From Macrostomum lignano (taxonomy: Eukaryota), in assembly GCA_002269645.1 (NCBI GenBank), contig NIVC01000593.1, positions 457,047-521,046 on the forward strand: 64,000 nucleotides of DNA. The letters are read 5' to 3'. Position 1 is the first letter of the stretch. The number at the start of each line of letters is the position of its first letter. Shown piece by piece: positions 26,641 through 41,364 of the stretch. Under the pieces are notes generated by a model, which was not told where the DNA came from, did not search any database, and saw only the letters and a list, made by a program, of their open reading frames with translations. A program made the translations under genes and the position numbers.

Positions 26641-26674
26641 GCCAGTCAGAGTCCCCAACCCGCATCTTGCATAG

Positions 26675-26908
26675 ACCTGGCCAGCGCTGAGCACAGGCTG
26701 GAGATGCTCCGCCTGGCGCTGTCTCCGCCAGCTGTCGCTGGGCCACCCGCCTGGATTCGCCTCGGCAAATGGGAGGCAACCAGACGCCGCTGGACGCCCA
26801 CCAGACAGGTGCTGGACCGCTACCAGGCGGCTATCGACGCCGAGCTGACCGGGACGGAGCCCTGCTCCACTGCAGGTGGCAGCGGCGGTGAAAGCTGCGA
26901 CGAAACAG
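26675..26908 (+). CDS. NMNAT: NMNAT exon 2
   Basis: Acceptor cttgcatAG|AC gives D; [14 protein letters not shown]...WIRLGKWEA...WTPTRQVL are NMNAT motifs. Phase-1 donor ACA G|GTTGGA; an alternative phase-1 donor after 26875 is possible. Confidence 0.9.
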
Positions 26909-26982
26909 GTTGGACTAAATTTTCTAAATTTTATAGAAAAACATGGGTCTGAGGAAACTGCTAGCTGCTTTCGCTCTTTTAG

Positions 26983-27164
26983 ACGCGGAGTGCATCTGGT
27001 TGCGAAAACTCGTCAGACGATTGAAATCCACCGCCGGTGCCAGCGCCCATGGCGGCGACTCGGCCGATCGTCAGACGGCGCCACTAGCGGCCAGACTGAT
27101 GCTGCTGTGCGGCGCCGACTTGTTGGCCAGCTTCGCCCGGCCCGGCCTGTGGCGCACCGAGGAT
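26983..27164 (+). CDS. NMNAT: NMNAT exon 3
   Basis: Acceptor ctttcgctcttttAG|AC closes a 74-nt intron in phase 1; LMLLCGADLLASFARPGLW is the conserved LCGxDLL..F..PGLW motif; phase-0 donor GAT|GTAAGC. Confidence 0.9.
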
Positions 27165-27214
27165 GTAAGCTAGATTTATAGGTCAAATATTTTGTGGTCT
27201 TTTTTTAGCTTGTG

Positions 27215-27430
27215 TGCACTTAAATCAAGTCGTCATGCACTTTTTTAGTTTTAGTTTACTATATTCAAGTTCACATGCACTTTTAGCTAGTTCACCTGCA
27301 CTTGATTCGAGTTCGAGTGTACTTTATTCAAGTTTGCGTGCACTTTATTCAAGTTCGAGTGTACCTTATTCAAGTTCGCGTGCACTTTACACAAGTTCGC
27401 GTCCACTTTATTCAAATTCGAGTGTAGTCG
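27215..27430. repeat. degenerate ~21-bp tandem repeat (GTGCACTTTATTCAAGTTCGC)
   Basis: Diverged copies in NMNAT intron 3. Confidence 0.75.
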
Positions 27431-27570
27431 AAAGTTTTGTTCTGTAAATAAAGTTTAATAGACTTCTCTATAAATTCGGTTATATTTTAACTGTTTTCTT
27501 GATTTTCTTGATGTATTATTCTAGTATTTTGTTTAAAAAACGTTATGCGCGTCTCATTTTCATCTCACAG

Positions 27571-27672
27571 ATGGTCACTATTGCCCGCGACTATGGCATG
27601 GTTGTGCTCGCCAGGAGCGGCTTCAACCCGCAAAAGTTTATTTACGAGTGCGACGCGATCAACCCGTTTGAG
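27571..27672 (+). CDS. NMNAT: NMNAT exon 4
   Basis: catctcacAG|ATG GTC ACT; translation IARDYGMVVLARSGFNPQKFIYECD; phase-0 donor GAG|GTGAGA. Confidence 0.92.
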
Positions 27673-28129
27673 GTGAGAATTTTCCAGTACTTTTATCTAC
27701 CTGTTCCCAAACTGTGCCGCCTTCCATCCCACCAGAAGATGCAAGAAAAAAGAGATTATGAAATCAAAGGACTTAAAAGTCAGTTAAATATGAAATTCAG
27801 CATGCAATCAAAGGCATAGCATGCAGAAAACCGTGCCTTTCAAGGTCGCATTATTTTGATCACCAAGCAAACTTGTAGCAAAGAGTCTGTACGCCTCATC
27901 AAACCAGTTTTGTCCTGCTCTCTTATTTCTGCTGCATCTTACTGTGTGTCGTTTTGGCTTTTTTTCAAAGATTCTTCTTACGAACTAATAATTTAATTTG
28001 CCGCAAAATCTCTCGCATGAATAATGACTTGGGTGCGTCAGTAGTTTGCAGGAAACTCGGTGGTATGTGAAATGTACTTTTGCGCAGAGCTGCGCCCAGG
28101 CGGGTTGCTGTGGCTGCTATTACTGGACA

Positions 28130-28865
28130 ATCGCCCTAAACTGACATCAAGAATCGCCTTAAACCCGACATCAAGAATCGCCCTAAACCCGACATCAAGA
28201 ATCGCCCTAAACCCGACATCAAGAATCGCCCTAAACCCGACATCAAGAATCGCCCCAAACCCGACATCAAGAATCGCCCTAAACCCGACATCAAGAATCG
28301 CCCTAAACCCGAAATCAAGAATCGCCCTAAACCCAAATCAAGAATCGCCCTAAACCCGACATTAAGAATCGCCCTAAACCCGACATTAAGAATCGCCCTA
28401 AACCCGACATCAAGAATCGCCCTAAACCCGACATCAAGAATCGCCCCAAACCCGACATCAAGAATCGCCCTAAACCCGACATCAAGAATCGCCCTAAACC
28501 CAACATTAAGAATCGCCCTAAACCCGACATCAAGAATCGCCCTAAACCCGACATCAAGAATCGCCCCAAACCCGACATCAAGAATCGCCCTAAACCCAAC
28601 ATTAAGAATCGCCCTAAACCCGACATTAAGAATCGCCCTAAACCCGACATCAAGAATCGCCCTAAACCCGACATCAAGAATCGCCCTAAACCCGACATTA
28701 AGAATCGCCCTAAACCCGACATTAAGAATCGCGCTAAACCCGACATCAAGAATCGCCCTAAACCCGACATCAAGAATCGCCTTAAACCTGACATCAAGAA
28801 TCGCCCCAAACCCGACATCAAGAATCGCCCTAAACCCAACATTAAGAATCGCCCTAAACCCAACT
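28130..28865. repeat. 24-bp minisatellite (AAACCCGACATCAAGAATCGCCCT)
   Basis: About 30 copies in NMNAT intron 4. Confidence 0.97.
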
Positions 28866-28990
28866 CAACCATGCTGAAAGCCGGTTTGTCGAATCTCCAA
28901 CCCCCTTTAAGAATAAACTAATTTGACTAATCGCATCAATAAAGTTTGAAATGAAGTTACTTGCACTAATTTAATCTTTCTAACGTCCAG

Positions 28991-29161
28991 CAAAACCTGG
29001 TGATCCTATCCGAGTGGTCCTGCAACGACACCAGCTCCAGCCAAATTCGTCGGTCCCTCCGACGCGGAGAGAGTGTTCGCTACCTGCTGCCAGACAGCGT
29101 CATTGACTACGTGTACAGGCACCGGCTGTACGGCTGCAGGGCAGACTACTGGCATGGGTGA
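28991..29161 (+). CDS. NMNAT: NMNAT exon 5 (end of catalytic domain; stop overlaps a splice donor)
   Basis: aacgtccAG|CAA; NDTSSSQIRRSLRRGESVRYLLPDSVIDYVYRHRLY is the NMNAT C-terminal motif. Five exons total 873 nt (290 aa) if TGA 29159-29161 is used; CAT GG|GTGAGG is also a phase-2 donor. Confidence 0.92.
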   Translation, partial: QNLVILSEWSCNDTSSSQIRRSLRRGESVRYLLPDSVIDYVYRHRLYGCRADYWHG

Positions 29162-29207
29162 GGCGCTGAGGCCGTTTTGAGATGGAGAGAAACTTCATAG
29201 GACCGTG

Positions 29208-29655
29208 CTAGGCTGATAGACTAGGGAAGTGACAGACTGATAGACTAGGGAAGTGACAGACTGATAGACTAGGGAAGTGACAGACCGATAGACTAGGGAA
29301 GTGACAGACTGATCGACTAGGGAAGTGACAGACTGATAGACTAGGGAAGTGACAGACTGATATACTAGGGAAGTGACAGACTGATAGATTAGGGAAGTGA
29401 CAGACTGATAGACTAGGGAAGTGACAGACTGATAGACTAGGGAAGTGACAGACCGATAGACTAGGGAAGTGACAGACTGATAGATTAGGGAAGTGACAGA
29501 CTGATAGATTAGGGAAGTGACAGACTGATAGACTAGGGAAGTGACAGACTGATAGACTAGGGAAGTGACAGACTGATAGACTAGGGAAGTGACAGACTGA
29601 TAGATTAGGGAAGTGACAGACTGATAGACTAGGGAAGTGACAGACCGATAGACCA
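29208..29655. repeat. 24-bp minisatellite (GATAGACTAGGGAAGTGACAGACT)
   Basis: About 18 copies starting 50 bp after the NMNAT exon 5 donor/stop. Confidence 0.97.
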
Positions 29656-30164
29656 GTGAAGAGACAGACCAAAAAAGGTTATTTCTTTTGCCAAAAAGCA
29701 GCAGAAAGTGTTAGTTGAGAAGTTTGGCTTGGCCAATGAGCAGTTGTCATGAATGCTCTAGAGAAACTAAGTAATATAGAAAGTGTGAGAGAGGAGAAGT
29801 AATGGATAATGTTTAGCTTAGCCTTGAGCCAGGGAAATGAAGTTATGATCTAGAGACGCCTAGGCAATTTTGGATTAGTAGAGATGATACTCGTATATGC
29901 TACTAACATTACAATCTGCATATTGCAAGCAGAACTTAATCAGCGCGCGTTTGCGAAGATGTAATGCATGTAGCTTAAAGTCTACAGTCTAATATGGCCT
30001 CGGGGTGGATCTACAGACTTTCATATTTTTGTATGTGATGAAGGATGAAGCTGGAATGGGGCTTGTCTTGAGAGTTTGTCCAAAGTTCTACTTTGGAACT
30101 TGTATACAAATTTCTTTCTTTTTAATCCGTGAAATTCTTTAAAGTCTGCTTGGTTTTCCTAAAT

Positions 30165-31020
30165 AAAAAAAATCCCCTTGGTTTTCCTAGAATGTCCTAG
30201 GTTTTCCTAGAATGTCCTAGGTTTTCCTAGAATCTCCTTGATTTCCTAGAATCCCCTTGGTTTTCCTGGAATCTCCTTGGTTTTCCTGGAATCTCCTTGG
30301 TTTTCCTGGAATCTCCTTGGTTTTCCTGGAATCTCCTTGGTTTTCCTGGAATCTCCTTGGTTTTCCTGGAATCCCCTTGGTTTTCCTAGAATGTCCTAGG
30401 TTTTCCTAGAATCTCCTTGATTTCCTAGAATCCCCTTGGTTTTCCTGGAATCTCCTTGGTTTTCCTGGAATCCCCTTGGTTTTCCTGGAATCTCCTTGGT
30501 TTTCCTGGAATCTCCTTGGTTTTCCTGGAATCTCCTTGGTTTTCCTGGAATCCCCTTGGTTTTCCTGGAATCTCCTTGGTTTTCCTGGAATCTCCTTGGT
30601 TTTCCTGGAATCTCCTTGGTTTTCCTGGAATCTCCTTGGTTTTCCTGGAATCTCCTTGGTTTTCCTGGAATCCCCTTGGTTTTCCTAGAATGTCCTAGGT
30701 TTTCCTAGAATCTCCTTGATTTCCTAGAATCCCCTTGGTTTTCCTGGAATCCCCTTGGTTTTCCTGGAATCCCCTTGGTTTTCCTGGAATCTCCTTGGTT
30801 TTCCTGGAATCTCCTTGGTTTTCCTGGAATCTCCTTGGTTTTCCTGGAATCCCCTTGGTTTTCCTGGAATCTCCTTGGTATTCCTGGAATCTCCTTGGTT
30901 TTCCTGGAATATTCTTGATTTCATAAAATCTTGGTTTCCTAGAATCTCCTTGGTTTCCTAGAATCCCCTTGATTTTCCTGGAATCCCCTTGATTTTCCTG
31001 GAATCCCCTTGGTTTTCCTA
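30165..31020. repeat. 20-bp minisatellite (CCTTGGTTTTCCTGGAATCT)
   Basis: About 40 copies. Confidence 0.95.
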
Positions 31021-31457
31021 GAATTCTTAGACTTCATAAAATCTCCCCGATTTTTCTAAAATATGGATTTTTTACGATAATATTTCCTAAAATATCTTTG
31101 GATTCTCATTTAGTTGTTTTAAATCTCTCTAGGGGGTTCTTAGAATCTTTCTAGAGTTTTTAAAAACTTTCCAAATAGTTAGAATGTCTCCAAATTGTTA
31201 GAATCTCAATGGATTTCCTAGAATTTTCATGGTTTTTTTACATTTCCTGGAATCTCCATGCCATAAAATAATTTATCTATAGGTCATAGCATCGTTTTAG
31301 ATTATTTAGCATCTGTCTAAGGTATCTCTTAAAAACGCCTTGATTTCTAAGAAACCCTTCTACAAAATTTCTTAGAAAGCCTGAGAAATTCCTTAAAAAA
31401 ATTACTTTTGCAAGTATCTTAGCGAGCTCCGGAACCCCTAAATTCAACAAATCCCAG

Positions 31458-31800
31458 ACAGTCGTCTGTCTCATCTGATGACGCCGCCGAGGCTGCTGTC
31501 TCGAGTTCAGCAGCTGCAGCAGCAGTTCAGCGGTGCAGCCGCGGCTGCCAGACCCGCATGACCGGCTCGGCGATGCCGGCCGCCCGCATCGGAAAGGAGT
31601 GCCGCGCCTGCGGCGCCCGTTCAACACGGCACGTCTTCTTGTCGTCGGCAGCGGTCGACGATCAACGCGGCGACGCGCCCGACTGTCTGCCTCAGCAGCA
31701 GCAGCATGGTGACAGCCGCCATGATCGTCATCGCCAGCAATCGCTCCAGCAGGATGCTGCTAGTGTTGCGGCATTGCCAGCGTTGTCTGGGCCTGTCCGG
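31458..31800 (+). CDS. orphan GC-rich coding exon (NMNAT C-terminal extension or 5' exon of ASPP)
   Basis: Acceptor aatcccAG|A at 31457, open frame QSSVSSDD...KECRACGAR...SGPVR, perfect phase-0 donor CGG|GTAAGT at 31800/31801; GC-rich third positions; in-frame ATG at 31558. No family motif recognised. Confidence 0.6.
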
Positions 31801-31894
31801 GTAAGTTGGCTGTGTTGTTGATAAATTCATAGCTAAGCTCTTTTTGAGGGCTGGCTGGGAAAATAAAATGCAAATTTCATTTGGGTGATAAGGA

Positions 31895-32575
31895 GTGAGG
31901 CTGGAAGATGAGGAGTGAGGCTGGGAGATGAGGAGTGAGGCTGGAAGATGGGGAGTGAGGCTGGGAGATGAGGAGTGAGGCTGGGAGATGAGGAGTGAGG
32001 CTGGAAGATGGGGAGTGAGGCTGGAAGATGGGGAGTGAGGCTGGGAGATGAGTAGTGAGGCTGGGAGATGAGGAGTGAGGCTGGAAGATGGGGAGTGAGG
32101 CTGGGAGATAAGGTGAGCCTGGGAGATGAGGAGTGCAACTGAGAAATGAGGAGTGAGGCTGAGAGATGAGGCGTGAGGTAGGGAGATAGGGAGTGAGCAT
32201 GGGAGATGAGGAGTGCAACTGAGAAATGAGGAGTGAGGCTGGGAGATGGGGAGTGAGGCTGAGAGATGAGGAGTGAGGCTGAGAGATGAGGCGTGAGGTA
32301 GGGAGATAGGGAGTGAGCATGGGAGATGAGGAGTGCAACTGAGAAATGAGGAGTGAGGCTGGGAGATGGGGAGTGAGGCTGAGAGATGAGGAGTGAGGCT
32401 GGGAGATGAGGAGTGAGACTGAGAGATGGGGAGTGAGGCTGGGAGATGGGGAGTGAGGCTGAGAGATGAGGAGTGCGGCTGGGAGATGAGGAGTGAGACT
32501 GAGAGATGGGGAGTGAGGCTGGGAGATGAGGAGTGAGGCTGGGAGATGAAGAGTGAGGCTGGAAGATGGGGAGAA
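31895..32575. repeat. 20-bp minisatellite (GAGATGAGGAGTGAGGCTGG)
   Basis: G-rich tandem array about 90 bp after the donor at 31801. Confidence 0.95.
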
Positions 32576-32799
32576 GATAATAGGATCTTTAATAAATGTA
32601 CCAAGAAGATTACAAAGCTCTTTCTAACTTCCCTGCAGTCATTGCTTGGTCAAGCGAGATTTCAAAAGAGTATTTCATAACTTTCTATTCCAGCATCGGA
32701 GCCACAGGGAGAGCAAGAGCTGATGATGCTTATTAGACCGTTTGAGTTTTTAAACTAAGTTTGACAGCTGCACGAGTCACTAGTGTGAGAATTCAAGAT

Positions 32800-33825
32800 G
32801 AGCTTGGATTTCTGAGTCATGAGATTCTCAGATGAGTCGGATTTTTGAGTCATGAGATTCTCAGATGAGTCGGATTTTTGAGTCATGAGATTCTCAGATG
32901 AGTCGGATTTCTGAGTCATGATATTCTCAGATGAGTCGGATTTATGAGTCATGAGATTCTCAGATGAGTCGGATTTTTGAGTCATGAGATTCTCAGATGA
33001 GTCGGATTTTTGAGTCATGAGATTCTCAGATGAGTCGGATTTATGAGTCATGAGATTCTCAGATGAGTCGGATTTTTGAGTCATGAGATTCTCAGATGAG
33101 TCGGATTTATGAGTCATGAGATTCTCAGATGAGTCGGATTTATGAGTCATGAGATTCTCAGATGAGTCGGATTTATGAGTCATGAGATTCTCAGATGAGT
33201 CGGATTTATGAGTCATGAGATTCTCAGATGAGTCGGATTTATGAGTCATGAGATTCTCAGCTGAGTTCGGATTGCTAAGTCATGAGATTCTCAGATGAGT
33301 TTGGATTTTTTAGTCATGAGATTCTCAGCTGAGTTCGGATTTCTGAGTCATGAGATTCTCAGCTGAGTTCGGATTTCTGAGTCATGAGATTCTCAGCTGA
33401 GTTCGGATTTCTGAGTCATGAGATTCTCAGCTGAGTTCGGATTTCTGAGTCATGAGATTCTCAGATGAGGTCGGATTGCTGAGTCATGAGATTTTCAGAT
33501 GAGGTCGGATTTCTGAGTCATGATATTCTCAGATGAGTCGGATTTATGAGTCATGAGATTCTCAGATGAGTCGGATTTTTGAGTCATGAGATTCTCAGAT
33601 GAGTCGGACTTTTGAGTCATGAGATTCTCAGCTGAGTTCGGATTGCTAAGTCATGAGATTCTCAAATGAGTTTGGATTTTTTAGTCATGAGATTCTCAGC
33701 TGAGTTCGGATTTCTGAGTCATGAGATTCTCAGCTGAGTTCGGATTTCTGAGTCATGAGATTCTCAGCTGAGTTCGGATTTCTGAGTCATGAGATAGAGT
33801 TCGGATTTCTGAGTCATGAGATATC
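32800..33825. repeat. 33-bp minisatellite (TGAGTCATGAGATTCTCAGATGAGTCGGATTTT)
   Basis: About 30 copies. Confidence 0.96.
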
Positions 33826-34473
33826 ATATGCCCGCTTAGCATGTAATATTTTTTAAACTCTAAAAGTTTGTCTGTGATCCGTCTGCATTGTCACGCACAC
33901 AAAAATCTTTTAGTTTGGTCCAAAATCTGTCTACCTGTTCGCACAGAACCCCCTTTGATCTAATTAGATTTGTTGCATATTAAATAATTTGTCAAAAAAC
34001 TCGAAATTTTCTCTTAAAATTTTCTCTTTGTTTTCTGTGTCAAAATTTCGCTTAAGTACTCGTAGATTACAAGTTTCGCAATTCTACTAAACTACTTGAA
34101 TTATTGACAAATAATTTTCATCTTCCTTTATAGCTGGAATATCTATTTCGTCAATAAATGATGCTCAATAAGCTTTTCCAATCGAAAACGTACTACTTAC
34201 TGCCACTATTAGTAGAATGTTGTGCGCATTTTCTGTTGTCGCTTTTTAAGCAATGTTGTCGTGGCATTTTTAATTAATTTTTTTAGATGACGTTTTTTAT
34301 TGGTTTTTCTCTGCTAACCTTACGAGATAGATTTGGATTTACCAGTAGCTATTTGTAATAAGTTAACTGTTCTGGCTCATGTCTCACTGTTATAGATCAA
34401 GTGAATAAATTTACTTTGTTCCTACTGTTTATGTAGCGATTGCGTTCGCACAGGCGCAATTTGGTGGACTTGA

Positions 34474-36165
<1,692 letters not shown>

Positions 36166-36574
36166 AATTTACCAACCAAAATACCTTCATAGCTTGAGAG
36201 GCAGGTCTCTATACGCCCCTCCTTCGCCAAATTAAACAATTCAATTTTTATGAGCAAGCTTCGTGCATGCAGCACATGGTTTACAAACTCGTGGAAAAAA
36301 CCTTAACTGCAGTGGTGAAAATCTTGTAAAACAGCGCAGAGCTTTCTCCTACTTTTTCTGTTTTTTTCCTTCCCTAACGATTTCCCGCTTGAGTGCGTGT
36401 TATTGCTCCAGTTTTATTTATACTGTTGCTAAGGTGTTCTTGGGAGTAGAAATATTTCGTACTACTGCTAGCCCACTCATGGATTTCCCTGCCGCAACTC
36501 TTGCGTTACCAGATTTTTATATAGTTCTCAGCACAATTATTTTGCTGGCTTTGCTAAGACCTCAACTTCACAAG

Positions 36575-37320
36575 ACCTAAACTTCACAGGACCTAAACTT
36601 CACATGACCTAAACTTCACAAGACCTCAACTTCACAAGACCTAAACTTCACAGGACCTAAACTTCACAAGACCTAAACTTCACAAGACCTCAACTTCACA
36701 AGACCTAAACTTCACAGGACCTAAACTTCACATGACCTAAACTTCACAAGACCTAAACTTCACAAGACCTAAACTTCACATGACCTAAACTTTAAAAGAC
36801 CTAAACTTCACAGGACCTAAACTTCACAGGACCTAAACTTCACAAGACCTAAATTTCGCAAGACCTAAACTTCACAGGACCTAAACTTTACAAGACCTAA
36901 ACTTCACAGGACCTAAACTTCACAAGACCTAAATTTCGCAAGACCTAAACTTCACAGGACCTAAACTTCACAAGACCTAAATTTCGCAAGACCTAAACTT
37001 CACAAGACCTAAACTTCACAAGACCTAAACTTCACAAGATCCAAACTTCACAAGACCTAAACTTCACAGGACCTAAACTTCACAAGACCTAAATTTCGCA
37101 AGACCTAAACTTCACAGGACCTAAACTTCACAAGACCTAAATTTCGCAAGACCTAAACTTCACAAGACCTAAACTTCACAAGACCTAAACTTCACAAGAT
37201 CCAAACTTCACAAGACCTAAACTTCACAAGATCCAAACTTCACAAGACCTAAACTTCACAAGACCTAAACTTCATAATTACCTAAACTTCATAATTACCT
37301 AAACGAAGACCTAAACTTTA
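36575..37320. repeat. 16-bp minisatellite (AGACCTAAACTTCACA)
   Basis: About 45 copies. Confidence 0.96.
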
Positions 37321-37914
37321 TAAAACCTAAACTTCAAAAGACCCCACCCTAATTTTTTTCTTTGGTTTTTGTTCAGTATTTAATTTTATTGTATAATAAT
37401 CGTTATTATTGACGTAAGTTATAGTCAACTTCATCAATTTCAAGTATACAACTTTTAGTTCCTAAAATCCTAAATATTTTATTGTAGAGATTATAATTCT
37501 CGTACTAATGCACTTGATCTAACGGCTATTAATTTTTAACACGAACCAAAATAAAGGCATATAATTAATCGCTAATTTTCTTAGCCATAAGTATTTACTG
37601 AAGTAGTTATAGCTTTTTCTTAAGCCTTCATTTAAGTAGCCAACTTAAATGAATTTTATTGCCGATAAAAGCTGCGCAATTGTGCTGCAAGGAGACCGTC
37701 TTTTACCTGCATTGGTTAATTTGCTTTTTGTGGCAATTTTGTAGCTTTTACGGAAATGTGAGACATGCTCTGCTCTCATTTCTGTTCTCAACCCGAAATT
37801 TGCTGCAGCGGACAATCTGCACCGCTGTCTTGTATTTTATGTTTTATGTACTTTTGCTAATCCTTTGACTCATTGTTCGAATTTACTTATCTGTATCTGG
37901 CCTCCCTTCCAACT

Positions 37915-38665
37915 CTCACTGTCTATCCCTTCCATCTCTCACTGTCTCTCCCATCTCTCACTGTCTCTCCCTTCCATCTCTCACTGTCTCTCCCTTCCAT
38001 CTCTCACTGTCTATCCCTTCCATTTCTCACTGTCTCTCCCATCTCTCACTGTCTATCCCTTCCATCTCTCACTGTCTCTCCCTTCCATCTCTCACTGTCT
38101 ATCCCTTCCATTTCTCACTGTCTCTCCCATCTCTCACTGTCTATCCCTTCCATCTCTCACTGTCTCTCCCTTCCATCTCTCACTGTCTATCCCTTCCATC
38201 TCTCACTGTCTCTCCCATCTCTCACTGTCTCTCCCTTCCATCTCTCACTGTCTATCCCTTCCATCTCTCACTGTCTGTCCCTTCCATCTCTCACTGTCTA
38301 TCCCTTCCATCTCTCACTGTCTCTCCCTTCCATCTCTCACTGTCTATCCCTTCCATCTCTCACTGTCTATCCCTTCCATCTCTCACTGTCTGTCCCTTCC
38401 ATCTCTCACTGTCTATCCCTTCCATCTCTCACTGTCTCTCCCTTCCATCTCTCACTGTCTATCCCTTCCATCTCTCACTGTCTCTCCCTTCCATCTCTCA
38501 CTGTCTCTCCCTTCCATCTCTCACTGTCTATCCCTTCTATCTCCCACTGTCTATCCCTTCCATCTCTCACTGTCTATCCCTTCCATCTCTCACTTTCTGT
38601 CCCTTCCATCTCTCACTGTCTATCCCTTCATCTCTCACTGTCTATCCCTTCCATCTCTCACCGTC
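37915..38665. repeat. 23-bp pyrimidine-rich minisatellite (CCCTTCCATCTCTCACTGTCTAT)
   Basis: About 33 copies. Confidence 0.96.
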
Positions 38666-39549
38666 TATCTACTCTCTCCGACCCATGTATCATTTTCATA
38701 TTATAATCAATTAAATATTTATCTTGACTGTTACAGAATAATTTCTTAATTAATTTCTTAATACTGGCTCATATAATTTCTTAATTAAAACAAGTTTTCC
38801 ACAAAATGCATCAGATATGAACAATTTAACTTCAGCGATCTCTCTCTCTCTCTATCGCCCCCTCTCTTCCAACACACCCCCGCTTTCCATCAGACTTCAG
38901 ACAGTATAGTGTGTTTCTCTAATCTATTAAGTCTTTATAGCGATAGTTACACTTGCGCTTTGCTCTTATATAAGCCTATAGCACGCACGCAGTCCTTCGT
39001 CTTGCGCGTGTAAAGTCAGTTTGTAAATGGTAAAAGCGCGCGGAGCCAAAGCAAGGCAGTTGTTTATGCTTTTTTGTGGTGGTGGTGGTGGTGTGGTGGT
39101 TGGGGAGGCTTTCGGCGAATCAAACACACTGCACTGCACTGCAAGGCTTGCAGAAGTGGCGGGCGTATGGGGAATGAGTGCTCGCGATGCTGTGTGGTTG
39201 GCCCAATATAGGTCCGCCCACTTGGCTAATGCCGCATGACTATGCAGATATATAATGTATGTTAGAACTAGCTCTACTTGCCCAAGCGTGTAATCTGCGA
39301 CTACGGGAATAAGTGAGAAGGAATTTTTTTGTACTGTCACCAAGGAGAGACTTATAGTGACCTGCAGCGGTTACTTACTACAAGTTTCCTGGGTTGTAGG
39401 AGAGAGCCTGCCGATACAGTTTCAAAACAGCAGGTACATCACCCCGTATTCTTGTGTGTAAGTTGCACTGCATTGCTCTTAATATCTCGTTTATAGCTCA
39501 TTGCATGATTTTATTTCAAGTTGTGATTTGCAGGAAGTGATATTGACTA

Positions 39550-40752
39550 AGACGGCTTGTAGGAATGACCTTGGCTAAGAGAGCTTGTAGGAATGACCTT
39601 GGCTAAGAGAGCTTGCAGGAATGACCTTGGCTAAGAGAGCTTGTAGGAATGACCTTGGCTAAGAGAGCTTGCAGGAATGACCTTGGCTAAGACGGCTTGT
39701 AGGAATGACCTTGGCTAAGAGAGCTTGTAGGAATGACCTTGGCTAAGAGAGCTTGCAGGAATGACCTTGGCTAAGAGAGCTTGTAGGAATGACCTTGGCT
39801 AAGAGAGCTTGTAGGAATGACCTTGGCTAAGAGAGCTTGCAGGAATGACCTTGGCTAAGAGAGCTTGTAGGAATGACCTTGGCTAAGAGAGCATGCAGGA
39901 ATGACCTTGGCTAAGAGAGCTTGTAGGAATGACCTTGGCTAAGAGAGCTTGCAGGAATGACCTTGGCTAAGAGAGCTTGTAGGAATGACCTTGGCTAAGA
40001 GAGCTTGCAGGAATGACCTTGGCTAAGAGAGCATGTAGGAATGACCTTGGCTAAGAGAGCTTGCAGGAATGACCTTGGCTAAGAGAGCTTGTAGGAATGA
40101 CCTTGGCTAAGAGAGCTTGCAGGAATGACCTTGGCTAAGAGAGCATGTAGGAATGACCTTGGCTAAGAGAGCTTGTAGGAATGACCTTGGCTAAGAGAGC
40201 ATGCAGGAATGACCTTGGCTAAGAGAGCTTGTAGGAATGACCTTGGCTAAAAGAGCTTGTAGGAATGACCTTGGCTAAGAGAGCTTGCAGGAATGACCTT
40301 GGCTAAAAGAGCTTGTAGGAATGACCTTGGCTAAAAGAGCTTGTAGGAATGACCTTGGCTAAAAGAGCTTGTAGGAATGACCTTGGCTAAGAGAGCTTGT
40401 AGGAATGACCTTGGCTAAGAGAGCATGCAGGAATGACCTTGGCTAAGAGAGCTTGTAGGAATGACCTTGGCTAAAAGAGCTTGTAGGAATGACCTTGGCT
40501 AAGAGAGCTTGCAGGAATGACCTTGGCTAAAAGAGCTTGTAGGAATGACCTTGGCTAAAAGAGCTTGTAGGAATGACCTTGGCTAAAAGAGCTTGTAGGA
40601 ATGACCTTGGCTAAGAGAGCTTGTAGGAATGACCTTGGCTAAAAGAGCTTGTAGGAATGACCTTGGCTAAGAGAGCTTGCAGGAATGACCTTGGCTAAGA
40701 GAGCTTGCAGGAATGACCTTGGCTAAGAGAGCTTGCAGGAATGACCTTGGCA
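39550..40752. repeat. 28-bp minisatellite (AGGAATGACCTTGGCTAAGAGAGCTTGT)
   Basis: About 43 highly homogeneous copies. Confidence 0.97.
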
Positions 40753-41134
40753 TTGGCAATGACCTGTCAGACTTGTTGTTTTTTTCGAAAAACTTGACGC
40801 CCCAACTCTTGAAAAAGTTCTTGCTTGCTCCTGCCTCCCTAGCAATTAGCAGTCGGCCTGTGTGTGTGTCTTGTCAGCTAATGAACTGCTTGGCTGGTTG
40901 GGGTAGCAACACACAAAGACTATGCGGCTGCTTACATAATTGCATCAGCACTGAGGGTGGGATTGGGTGAGAGGTAGAGTACCCATGTTTTAGTTAGTCA
41001 CCAACAGCTTTCTCTGCTGATTCTGTCTGGCAGGGTTCAGAAATCTGAGACTTCCCCTGTCAACTTTGGAAGCAGAAGTTTGAGCAGCCCTAACTGACAC
41101 GCCACTTCGGTGCGTGGCCACATTAATTTGAAAT

Positions 41135-41300
41135 GAGGCACAGACTGTACATGCCTGGCGATTAGAAAGTCAGGGTCGCTGTACACCTTGTGTGAGCGCG
41201 TGCCCGCGTGCAGGATTGGCGCACCTGTGTGCTCAGGGGTCTGCGAAATGTGCAGAGTTGCCCTCAGCGCTGGTTCTGGGACAAGTTCGCCGAAGGCGTT
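41135..41300 (+). mobile_element. dispersed repeat (SINE body fragment, opposite orientation)
   Basis: CGATTAGAAAGTCAGGGTCGCTGTACACCTTGTGTGAGCG is the reverse complement of the core at 2165 and 6660. Confidence 0.7.
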
Positions 41301-41364
41301 GCACCAGGGTGCCCGCAGTCCTGTGAATATTTGTTTATTATTCAATTGTGAAAATTAAGAATAA

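Noticed and set aside
26909-26936. 28-nt NMNAT micro-intron ending at tttatAG 26936
   Set aside because: Phase mismatch; the acceptor at 26982 has a better pyrimidine tract and keeps the frame.
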